Source: an uncultured Nitrospiraceae bacterium
GTDB taxonomy: Bacteria; Nitrospirota; Thermodesulfovibrionia; Thermodesulfovibrionales; Dissulfurispiraceae
DNA length: 26,123 bases
Assembly: GCA_947085205.1 (NCBI GenBank)
Contig: CAMTVO010000030.1
Span: 1 to 26,123, forward strand
Reading direction: 5' to 3'
A program made the position numbers and the translations under genes. The notes under the pieces were generated by a model. That model had not been told where the DNA came from, did no database searches, and worked only from the letters and a program-made list of their open reading frames with translations. Positions 24,633 to 26,123 of this stretch are shown here, piece after piece (within the stretch, counting starts at the first letter, position 1; each line of letters opens with the position of its first letter).

Positions 24633-26123
24633 ATGCCCTTATTTGGTGAATTATTCCTAAGCGAAGTTATAAAAAAACCCGTATTTGACCCTAAAGGAGA
24701 GATTACCGGAAGGGTTAAGGATATTATTGTTGTAAAAGGAGACCCCCTTCCAAAGGTATCTGCTATTATTATCGAGAGGAAGAGCCAATTATTCAGAATC
24801 CTCTGGGAACAAATCAATCTATTCAACAAAAGAATAATCTCCACTTACTTGATCGCAAGCCTTGTAGAGCCATACAGCCTCAGCGAAGACGACCTCCTTG
24901 CAGTTCGGGATATCCTTGACAAACAGATAGTGGATGCCAATGGAGCAAAGGTGGTGAGGGCAAATGACATTAAGCTTGAGGGTTATGACAGTGAGGCAAT
25001 ACTTATAGCTGTTGATGTTGGGATGCGGGGCATCCTGAGAAGACTCGGCATAGAGAGGGGAAGCGAGAGATTTTTAAAGCTGTTCCAAACACGCATGCCA
25101 TATAACCTGATAAGCTGGAGCTATATCCAGCCCCTGAAGCCTAAACTTAAGGCAATTGCCCTGACTGTGCCGAGGCAGATGGTCTCGGAGCTTCATCCTG
25201 CTGACATTGCAGAGATAATAAGTCAGGTATCGAGGGATGAAGGCACACATCTCTTTAAAGACCTCGACATCGAGACCGCTGCAGAGGCCCTCTCTGAACT
25301 GAACCCTGAGGTGCAGGCAGAGATAATAAGCTCAATTGACGCTGAGAAGGCTGCGGATATTATTGAGGAGATGTCCTCTGACGATGCCGCTGACGTACTG
25401 AGCGACCTGCCTACGGAAAAGGCAAAGGAGATTCTTGGCCACATAGAGAAAGAGGAGGCTGAGGATATACAGGAGCTCCTTGCGCACGAAGAGGATACAG
25501 CAGGCAGTCTGATGACCAAGGAGTTCATAGCATATGCGCCTGATATCACTGTGAAAGAGGCAATAGAGAACTTTAAGAAGGATGCTGGGGAGATAGAGAC
25601 TGTATATTACATTTATGTGGTTGGTGCTGAGGGAAAACTGCTTGGCGCTACATCCCTCAGGGAATTGCTGCTGGCAGACTCATCCATGATGCTTTCTGAG
25701 ATAATGGAGACAAAAATTAAATCCGTATCTCCTGCTGAGGATGTGGAGACCGTAGCTGAAATGATGTCAAAATACGACCTTGTTGCAATCCCTGTAGTAG
25801 ATTCAGAGGGACATTTTATGGGGATTGTAACTGTTGATGATATTATGGATGTTATTGAAGAAGAGGCAACAGAGGATATATACCGCATAGCTGGAACATC
25901 GGAGTTAAAATTTGGAAATATAGAAGACGCCCGTCTAATAGATATAGTTAAGAGCAGGCTTCCGTGGCTTTTGCTCTGTCTTCTCGGTGCGCTAATCTCA
26001 AGCATTGTAGTTGGACACTTTGAAAAGACTCTCACTACTCTTGTCGTGCTTGCCGCGTTCGTCCCTGTAATAATGGGGATGGCAGGCAATGCAGGGCTGC
26101 AGGTTTCCACAACCATGGTCCGC
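24633..26123 (+). CDS. mgtE: magnesium transporter MgtE with N-terminal PRC-barrel-like extension (3' truncated by window)
   Basis: Not in the ORF track because there is no stop in the window. Manual translation gives MPLFGELFLSEV..RDILDKQIVD..LHPADIAEI..EDTAGSLMT..GIVTVDDIMDVIEEEATED..RLPWL..GMAGNAGLQ; first and last codons are in the same frame. Confidence 0.93.
   Translation, partial: MPLFGELFLSEVIKKPVFDPKGEITGRVKDIIVVKGDPLPKVSAIIIERKSQLFRILWEQINLFNKRIISTYLIASLVEPYSLSEDDLLAVRDILDKQIVDANGAKVVRANDIKLEGYDSEAILIAVDVGMRGILRRLGIERGSERFLKLFQTRMPYNLISWSYIQPLKPKLKAIALTVPRQMVSELHPADIAEIISQVSRDEGTHLFKDLDIETAAEALSELNPEVQAEIISSIDAEKAADIIEEMSSDDAADVLSDLPTEKAKEILGHIEKEEAEDIQELLAHEEDTAGSLMTKEFIAYAPDITVKEAIENFKKDAGEIETVYYIYVVGAEGKLLGATSLRELLLADSSMMLSEIMETKIKSVSPAEDVETVAEMMSKYDLVAIPVVDSEGHFMGIVTVDDIMDVIEEEATEDIYRIAGTSELKFGNIEDARLIDIVKSRLPWLLLCLLGALISSIVVGHFEKTLTTLVVLAAFVPVIMGMAGNAGLQVSTTMVR

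Overview
Mostly housekeeping chromosomal region of a moderately AT-rich bacterium. Protein style and gene order suggest Nitrospirota/Thermodesulfovibrionia, which is an inference. It is probably close to the replication origin, given mnmG-rsmG and two perfect parS palindromes. Left to right: the 5' end of a 16S rRNA gene with its leader and promoter (-), rsmG, mnmG, a degenerate HDOD/sigma54-AAA+ protein, a lipid-linked glycosylation cluster (flippase-like, GT2, PAP2-GT39 fusion), an FKBP PPIase, a small GGQ release-factor-like protein, mutS2, a dGTPase, a U32 protein, rnhA, selA, a class V aminotransferase, serA, purA, comF, tRNA-Leu(GAG), a membrane diguanylate cyclase, and a truncated MgtE missing from the ORF track. 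The most unusual signal is a family of short (7-9 nt unit), often inverted tandem-repeat arrays and nested REP-like palindromes. They sit in intergenic gaps, in-frame inside loops of the PAP2-GT39 membrane protein, and at the tip of an abnormally long 16S helix 6. Several unannotated structured elements are also present (9775-9927, 18429-18566, rrn leader). No CRISPR array, transposase or integrase was seen.
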